From Coprobacillaceae bacterium (lineage in GTDB: Bacteria > Bacillota_I > Bacilli_A > Erysipelotrichales > Coprobacillaceae): a DNA stretch of 32,000 nucleotides. The first letter of the stretch is position 1. Each line of letters begins with the position of its first letter. Below the pieces are notes generated by a model that saw only the letters and a program-made list of their open reading frames with translations, was not told the DNA's origin and made no database searches. The stretch is from the NCBI GenBank assembly GCA_963675915.1, contig OY780959.1, positions 1,680,001 to 1,712,000 on the forward strand. Reading direction: 5' to 3'. Positions 16,195 through 24,284 of the stretch are shown here, piece by piece. The translations under genes and the position numbers were made by a program.

Positions 16195-17898
16195 ATGAAA
16201 AAACTTATTAAAGATTATTTCCCACTGACAACCGTTTTAGTAGCTGCGGTACTTTTTGGATCCCTGTACGTCGCAAATCTTGAAAAAGTCAACGCTCCGG
16301 CCAGGATTGAGAGTGACCCTGCCGATTTTGACCTCGTTACAACCGGAACCATCCATGACAACCAGGCCATCTACGACTATGACTCAACCATTTATGATGT
16401 CTATCTCCGGGTTTTCCCAACCAAAGATGAATCTGGAACTACTCTGGTTTTCGATGACTTTCAAAAGCACGAGGCTTTGGATCATGATTATAACCCGGTC
16501 TTGAACTGCAATATTCAGATTCTTGATGAAGATCAAAGCCTGGATCCGATGATTGTGACTTCAATGACAAACGCCACAATCAGAGTAAGAGGTAACTCAG
16601 CCAGAGGTGAAGCAATCAAATCATATAAAATAAAAATGGATGATGATACCAACGGATTCAAAGGACAATACAGCCTCAATATCAACAAACATATGGATGA
16701 CATAACCCGAGTCACCCAAAAATTTTGCACCGACCTTTTGGCATTGACCAATACCTTGATATCCTACCGTACTAATTTCATGCGGGTTTATATTCTTGAT
16801 GATGCCAAAAACTCCAATGAATATGAATATTATGGTCTCTTTACCAATTCAGAACAAGCCAATAAGACATACTTGGGGATCCATAACCTGGGATCATCAT
16901 CGAATCTTTACAAAGCGGAAGATTTTTCATTCAATCAGGATGACCGGCTAAAATCAACCGCAAATCCCCTTTATAAAAAGAAAGATTTCGAAGAAGTGCT
17001 TTCGATCATGGAAGGTGATTCCAATCACGAACCGCTCCTCGCTATGATCGATGCCATCAACGACAACTCACTTGGCATGGATGACCTGTTTGGCCAATAT
17101 TTGAATCAGGACAACTATCTTGATTTTCTGGCTTTCAACATCCTGGTTGGTGGCGATGATATCCTTAACCATAACTTCTTGATTTATAACCCAAATAACA
17201 GTACCACTTTCTATCTTATCCCTTATGACTTCGACAAGAATATGCAGGTTGAGGATGCCAGCTACATTCCCTATTCGCTGATGGGCGGCCAAAAATACAA
17301 CATGTCACCTTTGCACCATAAGTTTTTGACCAGCGAAAATGGCTTTGCCCAATTGAAACAGCGAGTTTTGGAACTAAAGGACAAATTCCTCACCAGTGAT
17401 ATCCAAGTACTGCTGGACTCATATCAGGAAGTTCTAAGCAAAACCATTTACTTAAGCCCCGACCTGTCCAGTCTGAAGCAAACACCAAGCCAGACTTTGG
17501 CCTATCTCCAGTCTTATCCGGAATTGATCGAGGATAATTATACCAGGTTCCTCAATGCATTTGACTATCCGGCACCGATTTTCACAGCCACACCGGTATT
17601 CAATCAAGACCGGACCCTTCATCTGGCCTGGGATAACTCTTATTCATACCAAGGTCTCGATCTGCATTATCAGGTCCGGATCTACAACGACTATGCGAAG
17701 TCAACTATTATTTACCAAAACGACAGTGTGATTGATACCGCCACCGATACCGATGTGACTTTTGGCCCCGGAACTTATTATCTCGAGGTCAACAGTGTCG
17801 ACAGTGCCGGTCACGTTCAGCCCTCATTGGAACATTTTGAATTCAAATCGACCGAATTCGTCTATGTATCCGGTCTAATGGAGTTTACCCTGCAATGA
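16195..17898 (+). CDS. cotH: CotH-family atypical protein kinase with N-terminal membrane anchor and C-terminal FN3-like domain
   Basis: N-terminal TM/signal anchor LTTVLVAAVLFGSLYVA. CotH-type blocks IRVRGNSARGEAIKSYKIK, YLDFLAFNILVGGDDILNHNFLIYNP and FYLIPYDFDKNM. The start is 8 nt after the pelG stop, with SD AGGTAGGTGA. Confidence 0.8.
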   Translation: MKKLIKDYFPLTTVLVAAVLFGSLYVANLEKVNAPARIESDPADFDLVTTGTIHDNQAIYDYDSTIYDVYLRVFPTKDESGTTLVFDDFQKHEALDHDYNPVLNCNIQILDEDQSLDPMIVTSMTNATIRVRGNSARGEAIKSYKIKMDDDTNGFKGQYSLNINKHMDDITRVTQKFCTDLLALTNTLISYRTNFMRVYILDDAKNSNEYEYYGLFTNSEQANKTYLGIHNLGSSSNLYKAEDFSFNQDDRLKSTANPLYKKKDFEEVLSIMEGDSNHEPLLAMIDAINDNSLGMDDLFGQYLNQDNYLDFLAFNILVGGDDILNHNFLIYNPNNSTTFYLIPYDFDKNMQVEDASYIPYSLMGGQKYNMSPLHHKFLTSENGFAQLKQRVLELKDKFLTSDIQVLLDSYQEVLSKTIYLSPDLSSLKQTPSQTLAYLQSYPELIEDNYTRFLNAFDYPAPIFTATPVFNQDRTLHLAWDNSYSYQGLDLHYQVRIYNDYAKSTIIYQNDSVIDTATDTDVTFGPGTYYLEVNSVDSAGHVQPSLEHFEFKSTEFVYVSGLMEFTLQ

Positions 17899-18605
17899 GA
17901 TTCGAAGGTAATAATCTCAGAAACGAACTTAAATATTATATCAGTTATAATGAGTACCTGGTTTTGAAGTCGCGCCTGAAACCTTTGATAAAGGCCGACC
18001 CCAATATGCCAGATGAGCAAGGGTACCTGATTTCTTCGGTCTATTTTGACGATCTTTGCAGCAGTGCCTACCGCCAGAAGATTCGCGGCGACCGCTTCAG
18101 AAACAAGTTTCGAATCAGAACATATCAGCGCAGTGACGCAAAAATTAATTTGGAGATGAAATCAAAGTTCCATGACTTCATCGCAAAACAGTCCGCTCCT
18201 CTTTCCCGCAAAGAATTTGAGAGCATTTTGGAAGGTCGGTATGAATTCCTTATCAATAGAAATGAAGAAGTATGCCAACGGCTTTTGCTGCACAATCGGC
18301 TTCACTTGCTCAAACCCAAAGTGGTGGTGGAATACCTCCGGGAAGCTTATGTATTCAAAGCAGGAAATGTCCGGATAACATTCGACAAAAATCTGGCCGC
18401 CAACGACACGACCATGAATATCTTCAGTGATCAGTATTCAAGCCACGGAGTCATGCCCGATGACCAGATGATTCTTGAAGTTAAATATGATGATTTTCTG
18501 CCGAATATGTTGAGTGTGATATTAAAAGATACAATCAGTACCCGCGGCGCTATCAGCAAATACGTTATGTGCATCGATGATAAAAGGAGTAAATACAGAT
18601 GGTAA
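17895..18605 (+). CDS. VTC-domain (CYTH/triphosphate-tunnel, polyphosphate-polymerase-like) protein
   Basis: NELKYYISYNEY..., SSVYFDD, FRIRTY, INLEMKSK, VVVEYLREAY, RITFD and ILEVKYDDFLP together give the alternating charged beta-strand pattern of bacterial VTC-domain proteins. ATGA overlap with cotH. Confidence 0.75.
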   Translation: MRFEGNNLRNELKYYISYNEYLVLKSRLKPLIKADPNMPDEQGYLISSVYFDDLCSSAYRQKIRGDRFRNKFRIRTYQRSDAKINLEMKSKFHDFIAKQSAPLSRKEFESILEGRYEFLINRNEEVCQRLLLHNRLHLLKPKVVVEYLREAYVFKAGNVRITFDKNLAANDTTMNIFSDQYSSHGVMPDDQMILEVKYDDFLPNMLSVILKDTISTRGAISKYVMCIDDKRSKYRW

Positions 18606-19264
18606 CATTCAGTGATATTTTTAAAAACAGTTTCCTCGAGTCCAGCGGGAACCTGACAACCGCAAGTTTTGCAATGAGCATGCTTGCCTGTTATATGTGC
18701 GCGATGATCATTTATTTCATCTATCGCAACTTTTACAAGGGCGTTATTTACAACAACAATCTCAATATCCTGTTGGTTCTGGTTTCCCTGATAACCTGCT
18801 TTATCGTGATGGTAATTTCCAGCAACATCGCTTTGTCACTCGGGATGGTTGGGGCGCTCTCGATTGTCCGCTTCAGGACAGCAATCAAGGACCCGCTTGA
18901 TGTCGGTTTTCTTTTCTTCTCAATCAGTGTCGGAATCGTCACCGGCGCCGGGCTCTATCTCTTTGCCCTGGCCGGAACTTTGATGATTGCACTTGCGTAT
19001 ATCATCTTGATCAATATCAAAACCAAAAAACGTATCTATATGCTGTTGGTTTCTTATGAAAAGGAAGTTGAAGCCCAACTTGAAACGCATTTGCAACCGC
19101 TAAACAAGATATTGAAAAACAAGACTTCAACGCGAGAGTCGACCGAAGCTACCTATGAAATCAAAATTTATAATGAAAATACCAGTTTCCTCGATGAGAT
19201 ATCCGCTTTGCCGGGAGTGCATTCCGCCATGGTGGTTGATTTCACCGGAGATTATATGGAGTAA
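18599..19264 (+). CDS. DUF4956-family membrane protein
   Basis: Four TM helices and the family motif LSLGMVGALSIVRFRTAIKDPLDVGFLFFSISVGIVTGAG. Overlaps the VTC gene by 7 nt. SD AGGAGT lies 8 nt upstream. Confidence 0.75.
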   Translation: MVTFSDIFKNSFLESSGNLTTASFAMSMLACYMCAMIIYFIYRNFYKGVIYNNNLNILLVLVSLITCFIVMVISSNIALSLGMVGALSIVRFRTAIKDPLDVGFLFFSISVGIVTGAGLYLFALAGTLMIALAYIILINIKTKKRIYMLLVSYEKEVEAQLETHLQPLNKILKNKTSTRESTEATYEIKIYNENTSFLDEISALPGVHSAMVVDFTGDYME

Positions 19265-19303
19265 AAAAATCCGTTATTGAAAATAATCAATAACGGATTT
19301 TTA
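19263..19303. terminator. Bidirectional intrinsic terminator shared by the pel-cotH-VTC operon and the convergent Rieske gene
   Basis: Perfect 12-bp stem ATCCGTTATTGA (19269-19280) / TCAATAACGGAT (19287-19298) with loop AAATAA. An A6 run precedes it and a T-run follows. Confidence 0.85.
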
Positions 19304-20263
19304 TTTGTCTCCACCATATTGAGCCAACTTTTTGCGATACTCGACAATCGGGAGATCACCGGGTATTAGTTTTTCATCCATTTTCAATTGGGTATGATCA
19401 GGCAGTTGGGTCAATACGACTCTGCGATCCTGATGAAGAATGATCTTATTGAACTGATTAGAGATTTTGGCTACAATACCGCCGAGTCGGTTTGGCAGGA
19501 ATTTTTGATAAAAACGCAGATAAATCTTGGTATGATGATCATCTACCGGCACGAAGGCAACGAAAATACGGACCTTGTCTGAGATAAGATTTTGCCAGGT
19601 ATTCGGCAATTGGAGTTTGACTCTAAACAAGCTCCTGTAATTATCGATTTCACTGGCTTTCAATGCAATTTCCTGCCCGTTATCCCTCCTATTTTGGACG
19701 TAGACAGTCATTCGGTCATTGTCCCACTCAACCACCGGACCATCCACAATAGTCCGATTACCGCGGCCAATCGTAGTTTCATGGACAAAAGGAAGATGCA
19801 CGACATCAAGCTGATTTTCAATCGCCCTGGTCAGGTGGACATTCCATGTTTTGCTGAATTCACCATACACAAAACCATCGAGGAGCTCGTCAAAAAATGG
19901 AATTTCCTCAGTCGGCTCGGCTTCGCCATACCAAATCCAGATCAAATCGGCTTTTTCAGCTACGTGATAACTCTCGATTCGGTAACGTTCAGGAACTTCG
20001 TATTTTCGGCCCATGGCCGGGATTACAACAACCTTACCACTACCGTCATATTCGAAGCCATGAAAAGGACAGGCAAGATGATTGTTATTTATCCGTCCCA
20101 ATTCTAATGAGGCTCCCCGATGACAGCAACGATCGCAGATACAATTCAATTTGCCGTTATCCTCCCGCCAAAGCACCAGTTTCTCATTGAAGCGGGTTAC
20201 TCCGACCGGTTTCGACTTCACCTCATAGCTATTCATAACCGCATACCACTTGTCTTTTATCAT
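19301..20263 (-). CDS. Rieske [2Fe-2S] non-heme iron oxygenase (ring-hydroxylating alpha-subunit / PaO-KshA-like)
   Basis: Rieske motif CDRCCHRG...(17 aa)...CPFHGFEY. Mononuclear iron motif NQLDVVHLPFVH (D-x2-H-x4-H). SD GGAGGTG upstream. Confidence 0.85.
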   Translation of the reverse strand: MIKDKWYAVMNSYEVKSKPVGVTRFNEKLVLWREDNGKLNCICDRCCHRGASLELGRINNNHLACPFHGFEYDGSGKVVVIPAMGRKYEVPERYRIESYHVAEKADLIWIWYGEAEPTEEIPFFDELLDGFVYGEFSKTWNVHLTRAIENQLDVVHLPFVHETTIGRGNRTIVDGPVVEWDNDRMTVYVQNRRDNGQEIALKASEIDNYRSLFRVKLQLPNTWQNLISDKVRIFVAFVPVDDHHTKIYLRFYQKFLPNRLGGIVAKISNQFNKIILHQDRRVVLTQLPDHTQLKMDEKLIPGDLPIVEYRKKLAQYGGDK

Positions 20264-20411
20264 AATACACCTCCATATTTTAGTCCTCTCCTCAAATTAT
20301 ATTCCAAATAAGCTATATTTGCATCTTATTTGCCTGTTAAGAGCAATCATAAGCATATTTTCAAGATGGGATTATCCAATTTAACTTCAGCAGGAGACTG
20401 GATTTGATAAT

Positions 20412-20443
20412 AAAAAAAACCATTGGAGAAAATACTCCAATGG
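20412..20443 (-). terminator. Intrinsic terminator after the cps-module operon
   Basis: 9-bp stem CCATTGGAG (20420-20428) / CTCCAATGG (20435-20443), followed on the minus strand by T8 (A-run 20412-20419). Confidence 0.8.
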
Positions 20444-20464
20444 TAACTATTTCAATTTTATTAA

Positions 20465-21136
20465 TTATTTTGAACTAGCTTTTTTAGCAATTACAACCAC
20501 AACAGCTGCAGCCACCAAAGCTGCTCCACCATAAAGGAAGTAAGTGGTCAAGTTTGATTGTGACGCTTCTGTCCAAGTAACGATAGCTACTGGAGAGAAA
20601 CTTGTAAAAGTAGCAGTGATTTCACCATTTGTTACAACGGTATCAACAGCTTCCCATACTCCGGTATCTTCATTAAAGTGCAAAACTTGGTAATGGTCAC
20701 CCTCAGATACGTTAGGACGATCGAAAGTAACTTGAACTGAACCATCTTCAAGAGTTACAAAATTTTCATCAGATACCAAATCAAGATTCATCATTTCAGA
20801 TACATCGAATTCCGCTCCGGCAATATCCATGATATCTTCAATAACTGCTTGGGCATCGTCTTTATCCAACATCGCTACAACAGCTTCCAGTTTGGCACCT
20901 GACAATTCAGGATACATTTCTGCAATTGCTTCTTCATTGGCTTCAATCATTGTAACCAATACTTCAACCGCATCAAGATTGATGACGTTACCTTCACTGG
21001 TAACAACTACGGTTCCCTGTGAGAAAGTCCCAGTAGTCTCAACCCCAACAGTCGGACTTGGCGCCGCCATTACAGTACTTATACAAAGAGCGCAACTTAG
21101 AAAAAACACATTAAGTGCTACGACTAATTTTTTCAT
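20465..21136 (-). CDS. Secreted, highly acidic protein with C-terminal TM anchor (function unknown)
   Basis: The preferred start is ATG 21136 (MKKLVVALNVFFLSCALCISTVMA, SD GGGGGA 7 nt upstream) rather than the track start at 21163. The protein is D/E rich. The C-terminus is LYGGAALVAAAVVVVIAKKASSK. Confidence 0.6.
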   Translation of the reverse strand: MKKLVVALNVFFLSCALCISTVMAAPSPTVGVETTGTFSQGTVVVTSEGNVINLDAVEVLVTMIEANEEAIAEMYPELSGAKLEAVVAMLDKDDAQAVIEDIMDIAGAEFDVSEMMNLDLVSDENFVTLEDGSVQVTFDRPNVSEGDHYQVLHFNEDTGVWEAVDTVVTNGEITATFTSFSPVAIVTWTEASQSNLTTYFLYGGAALVAAAVVVVIAKKASSK

Positions 21137-21168
21137 ACAAATTCCCCCTAATTTATTACTCATTCTTT

Positions 21169-22125
21169 TTAATTTACTTCATTATAGAACATTTCAATCA
21201 AAATGTCATCCATTTTTTGCTCATCTATGTAAAATTCTTCATATGTGTCACCCATTTGTTTTTCGCCTGGCACAAACGCGGTTTTCGTGAAGTCAACATC
21301 ATAATCCGACAAGTCGTCAATCTGTTCGCCCGTTAGATCGGTCATGACATAATCATCGAGCATCGTCGAAAAAGTATCATAGAGATTATCAAGATTCTTG
21401 GACTTGACTGTATTGACCAAAGCACTGAGGTACTGGACTTGACGTTCCATTCGTTCTGCATTGCCGCCAATGCCCTCAATAACCCGCCCCCGAACATATC
21501 TTTCGGCCTGATGGGCGGTCAGGTTCAGGGTTTCCCCTGCAACAAACTCCGGTTCAATGTCGGTGTAGTCTTCTGGAATGGTAAGAGTGACTCCGCCAAC
21601 CGCATCATTGATAATTCCAATTGACTCGATGTTGAGATTCAAGTAGCCATCGATTCTCAGGTCATTTAACATTGCGCTGACAGTATTGACCATCGCCCAA
21701 CAGCTCTGAGTACCACCCTTGGCAACTGAATATTGAAGACAAAGTTGGGCAAACGAAGTACCAATTACATTGCCATGGATGTCATACAGATCGATATCCA
21801 CCATGCTGTTTCTGGAAATCTGCAGCATTTTGGCTTTTTTGGTACTTTTATCCAACGAAAGCAAGATGATGCTGTCAGCCTGATTGGTGTAATTTCCGTA
21901 TTCTTCTTTTTGGATCAGATCATTGCTGTCGATTCCGATAAAAAGAATATTGGTCAGATCCGTGTTATAACGGTAGCGGCTACCGTTGTACTCAACAATA
22001 TTTGCCTGTGATTGGCCATTGTCGATAATCATTGGAGTCGTTTCGCGGGTTAAAGCATAAATCCCTCCACCCACTACTGCAACAAGCACAACAGCGATAA
22101 TAATATTTTTCCAAGACTTAATCAT
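21169..22125 (-). CDS. LytR-CpsA-Psr (LCP) family glycopolymer transferase
   Basis: An N-terminal TM helix followed by LCP motifs: NILFIGIDSND, DSIILLSLDKSTKKAKMLQISRNSMVDI and ...ERYVRGR. Confidence 0.85.
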   Translation of the reverse strand: MIKSWKNIIIAVVLVAVVGGGIYALTRETTPMIIDNGQSQANIVEYNGSRYRYNTDLTNILFIGIDSNDLIQKEEYGNYTNQADSIILLSLDKSTKKAKMLQISRNSMVDIDLYDIHGNVIGTSFAQLCLQYSVAKGGTQSCWAMVNTVSAMLNDLRIDGYLNLNIESIGIINDAVGGVTLTIPEDYTDIEPEFVAGETLNLTAHQAERYVRGRVIEGIGGNAERMERQVQYLSALVNTVKSKNLDNLYDTFSTMLDDYVMTDLTGEQIDDLSDYDVDFTKTAFVPGEKQMGDTYEEFYIDEQKMDDILIEMFYNEVN

Positions 22126-22127
22126 TA

Positions 22128-22862
22128 TTAGCGTCCTAGAAGATTTCTTTTGGTTTGCAAGTCATTGTCATGTAACGGAATGACCGCCAAAGTATTGACA
22201 TCGAGATATTTTTCAATATCGTCTGGTGTTTTCAAGTTGTTGTTCAACAAGAATCTTCCGACAATGAATCCGGCTGAAAGCAAGAGTCCCACTGCCGCCC
22301 CGATAACTGTGTTTCGGGACTTGCTTGGACTTACTGGGACATAATTGGCCTCAGCTCTTTCAACTGTTGTCGGCTCATCAGACTGCATTATATAAGCCAT
22401 TTGAGATGCGGTTTCTTCGGCCACTGCATTGGTCACCCACGATGCGATTTCCGGATCAGTATAGGTAGCGCTGATAGTCAAAATCCGGGTGTTTGCAGCA
22501 TTGCTTACACTAATCATGCCTATGATTTCACTACGAGTCAATTCAATATTATACGTGCGGTCAATCTTATCGATTGCTCCGTCAATAACCGGTTTTGAGG
22601 TCGCGATGATGGCGAAGTCTTCTGTCAATTCCGATCCCAGCTGCAAATCAGCCAATGATGTAACGCTTGTTGTTTTGGTCAGGATATATAGCATTGAATC
22701 CGATTTGTATTCCGGACTGACAAAGAAAATCGTATATCCCAATGCCAGTACTCCGACTAGAACAGTGGAGATTGCAATGAGAATCCAATTTCTCAACAAG
22801 ACAAAAAACAATTCCTGTAAATCTATTTCCGTCTCATCTAAATATTCTTCATATTCATTCAT
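22128..22862 (-). CDS. cpsC: Wzz/CpsC-type chain-length / BY-kinase transmembrane modulator
   Basis: Two-TM topology (ILIAISTVLVGVLALGYTIFFV and VIGAAVGLLLSAGFIVGRFLL) with the YKSDSMLYI motif typical of CapA/CpsC. The stop lies 2 nt before the LCP start. Confidence 0.8.
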   Translation of the reverse strand: MNEYEEYLDETEIDLQELFFVLLRNWILIAISTVLVGVLALGYTIFFVSPEYKSDSMLYILTKTTSVTSLADLQLGSELTEDFAIIATSKPVIDGAIDKIDRTYNIELTRSEIIGMISVSNAANTRILTISATYTDPEIASWVTNAVAEETASQMAYIMQSDEPTTVERAEANYVPVSPSKSRNTVIGAAVGLLLSAGFIVGRFLLNNNLKTPDDIEKYLDVNTLAVIPLHDNDLQTKRNLLGR

Positions 22863-22876
22863 TTCCCATCTTCCCC

Positions 22877-23572
22877 CTAGTCATTATTCTTGTATTCATA
22901 TTCGTAGTATTTATAGTATTTTTCACCACCATAATATCTAGCTTCATGAACATTGAATTTGCTTAATACTACCCCCAAGAAATTAGGGTTTGCCGTTGTA
23001 AGCTGTTTGATTGTCGCTTTGACTCTTTTTGAAGTTGCCGTATTCGAAGCAACTACCAGTAAAGAGGCATCGCTGACTTTAGCGATGATAGCCGCATCGA
23101 TTACCGCTCCAAGTGGTGGGGTATCGATGATAATGTAATCAAACTTGGTTTTCAGTTTGTCCAACATATCTTTGAAAATTTCTTTTGAAAGAAGTTCGGT
23201 CGGATTAGGTGGGAACTTACCAGTCGTAATTACATATAGGTTTTCGATGTCGGTTCCGGAGATGATGTCATTGATTGTTGCCATTCCTGACAAATAATGT
23301 GATAATCCCATGACAGCCGAACGACTATGACTGTTGATCAATAATGATTTACGTAAATCAGCATCGATAAGCAATACTCTTTTCCCACTTTGGGCAAAGG
23401 CATTGGCCAAATTCAATGATGTCGAAGACTTTCCGTCTTCGGGATTGGAACTGGTGACAGCAATCACTCTGTTATCCAAACCGGTAAATTCGATATTAGT
23501 TCTTAATGTACGATATGCTTCACGGATATGGAAATCATCCAATATACGGAATTTCAATTTTAAATTAAACAC
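22877..23572 (-). CDS. cpsD: CpsD/CapB-type bacterial tyrosine (BY) kinase
   Basis: Walker A VTSSNPEDGKSS, Walker A' LLIDADLRK and Walker B YIIIDTPP. C-terminal tyrosine cluster YYGGEKYYKYYEYEYKNND. Confidence 0.9.
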   Translation of the reverse strand: MFNLKLKFRILDDFHIREAYRTLRTNIEFTGLDNRVIAVTSSNPEDGKSSTSLNLANAFAQSGKRVLLIDADLRKSLLINSHSRSAVMGLSHYLSGMATINDIISGTDIENLYVITTGKFPPNPTELLSKEIFKDMLDKLKTKFDYIIIDTPPLGAVIDAAIIAKVSDASLLVVASNTATSKRVKATIKQLTTANPNFLGVVLSKFNVHEARYYGGEKYYKYYEYEYKNND

Positions 23573-24284
23573 CTAATCTTTCTCCTCTTATTACTCTCTC
23601 TTGATTTTCCCTGAAAAGCTTGTTTGCGGTATCCAAGTCGAATTTCTTGGCTACAACCGAATATGCAGCTTTCAAATTTATCTTTCTCTTTGAATCATTG
23701 TGGCCATCGCTGGCAACAAAATGAATCAGATTGTTCTTGATCAGATTAAAAGCAAATCGCTTTTTCATAAAACCATAATCACCCAGAATGATACTCGTAT
23801 TCATCTGGCAATAGGCTCCGATTTTTTCCAGAACGTATATCTTTTTGACATCACTGATGAACTGATACCGCTCCACGTGGGCAATAATCGGGATATAACC
23901 ACTGCTAGTAAGGTCGTGAATTGCCGCTTTCAACTCTTTGAATTGAATGTAAGGCGGGAATTCAACCAGAACATAATCGGTGTTGTTGATTGTGGGAAAT
24001 TTTCCATCTTCCAACATTTCAAGGGCCAATGATGAATACATTATTTCTCCGCCCAGATAGAATTTAATCTCAAGTCCGGATTCTTCGATGATATCCTGGA
24101 TTGCCCGATAACCTTCCACAACCCTTCGAAGATAGTCCTTGCTGGCATCATGACGGAAATGAGGTGTCGCAACGATACAATTTATTCCTTGCTTAGCTGA
24201 CTGCTGAATCATTTTTAGTGTGACTGTCTTATCTCTAGCGCCGTCATCGACTTGCGGCAGGATATGGCAGTGAATATCAATCAT
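23565..24284 (-). CDS. cpsB: CpsB/CapC-type PHP-family tyrosine-protein phosphatase
   Basis: The N-terminus MIDIHCHILPQVDDGA is the diagnostic CpsB motif. Later motifs are ATPHF, AHVERY and ASDGH. Strong SD AAGGAGGGG upstream. Confidence 0.9.
   Translation of the reverse strand: MIDIHCHILPQVDDGARDKTVTLKMIQQSAKQGINCIVATPHFRHDASKDYLRRVVEGYRAIQDIIEESGLEIKFYLGGEIMYSSLALEMLEDGKFPTINNTDYVLVEFPPYIQFKELKAAIHDLTSSGYIPIIAHVERYQFISDVKKIYVLEKIGAYCQMNTSIILGDYGFMKKRFAFNLIKNNLIHFVASDGHNDSKRKINLKAAYSVVAKKFDLDTANKLFRENQERVIRGERLGV

Noticed and set aside
19592-20107. 171-aa and 97-aa plus-strand ORFs inside the Rieske gene
   Set aside because: They are antisense shadows of a CDS with two intact cofactor motifs.
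20829-21290. 153-aa plus-strand ORF spanning the acidic-protein / LCP junction
   Set aside because: It is antisense to two well-supported minus-strand genes, its Ser/Thr/Ala-rich product is typical of reverse-frame artefacts, and it has no RBS.
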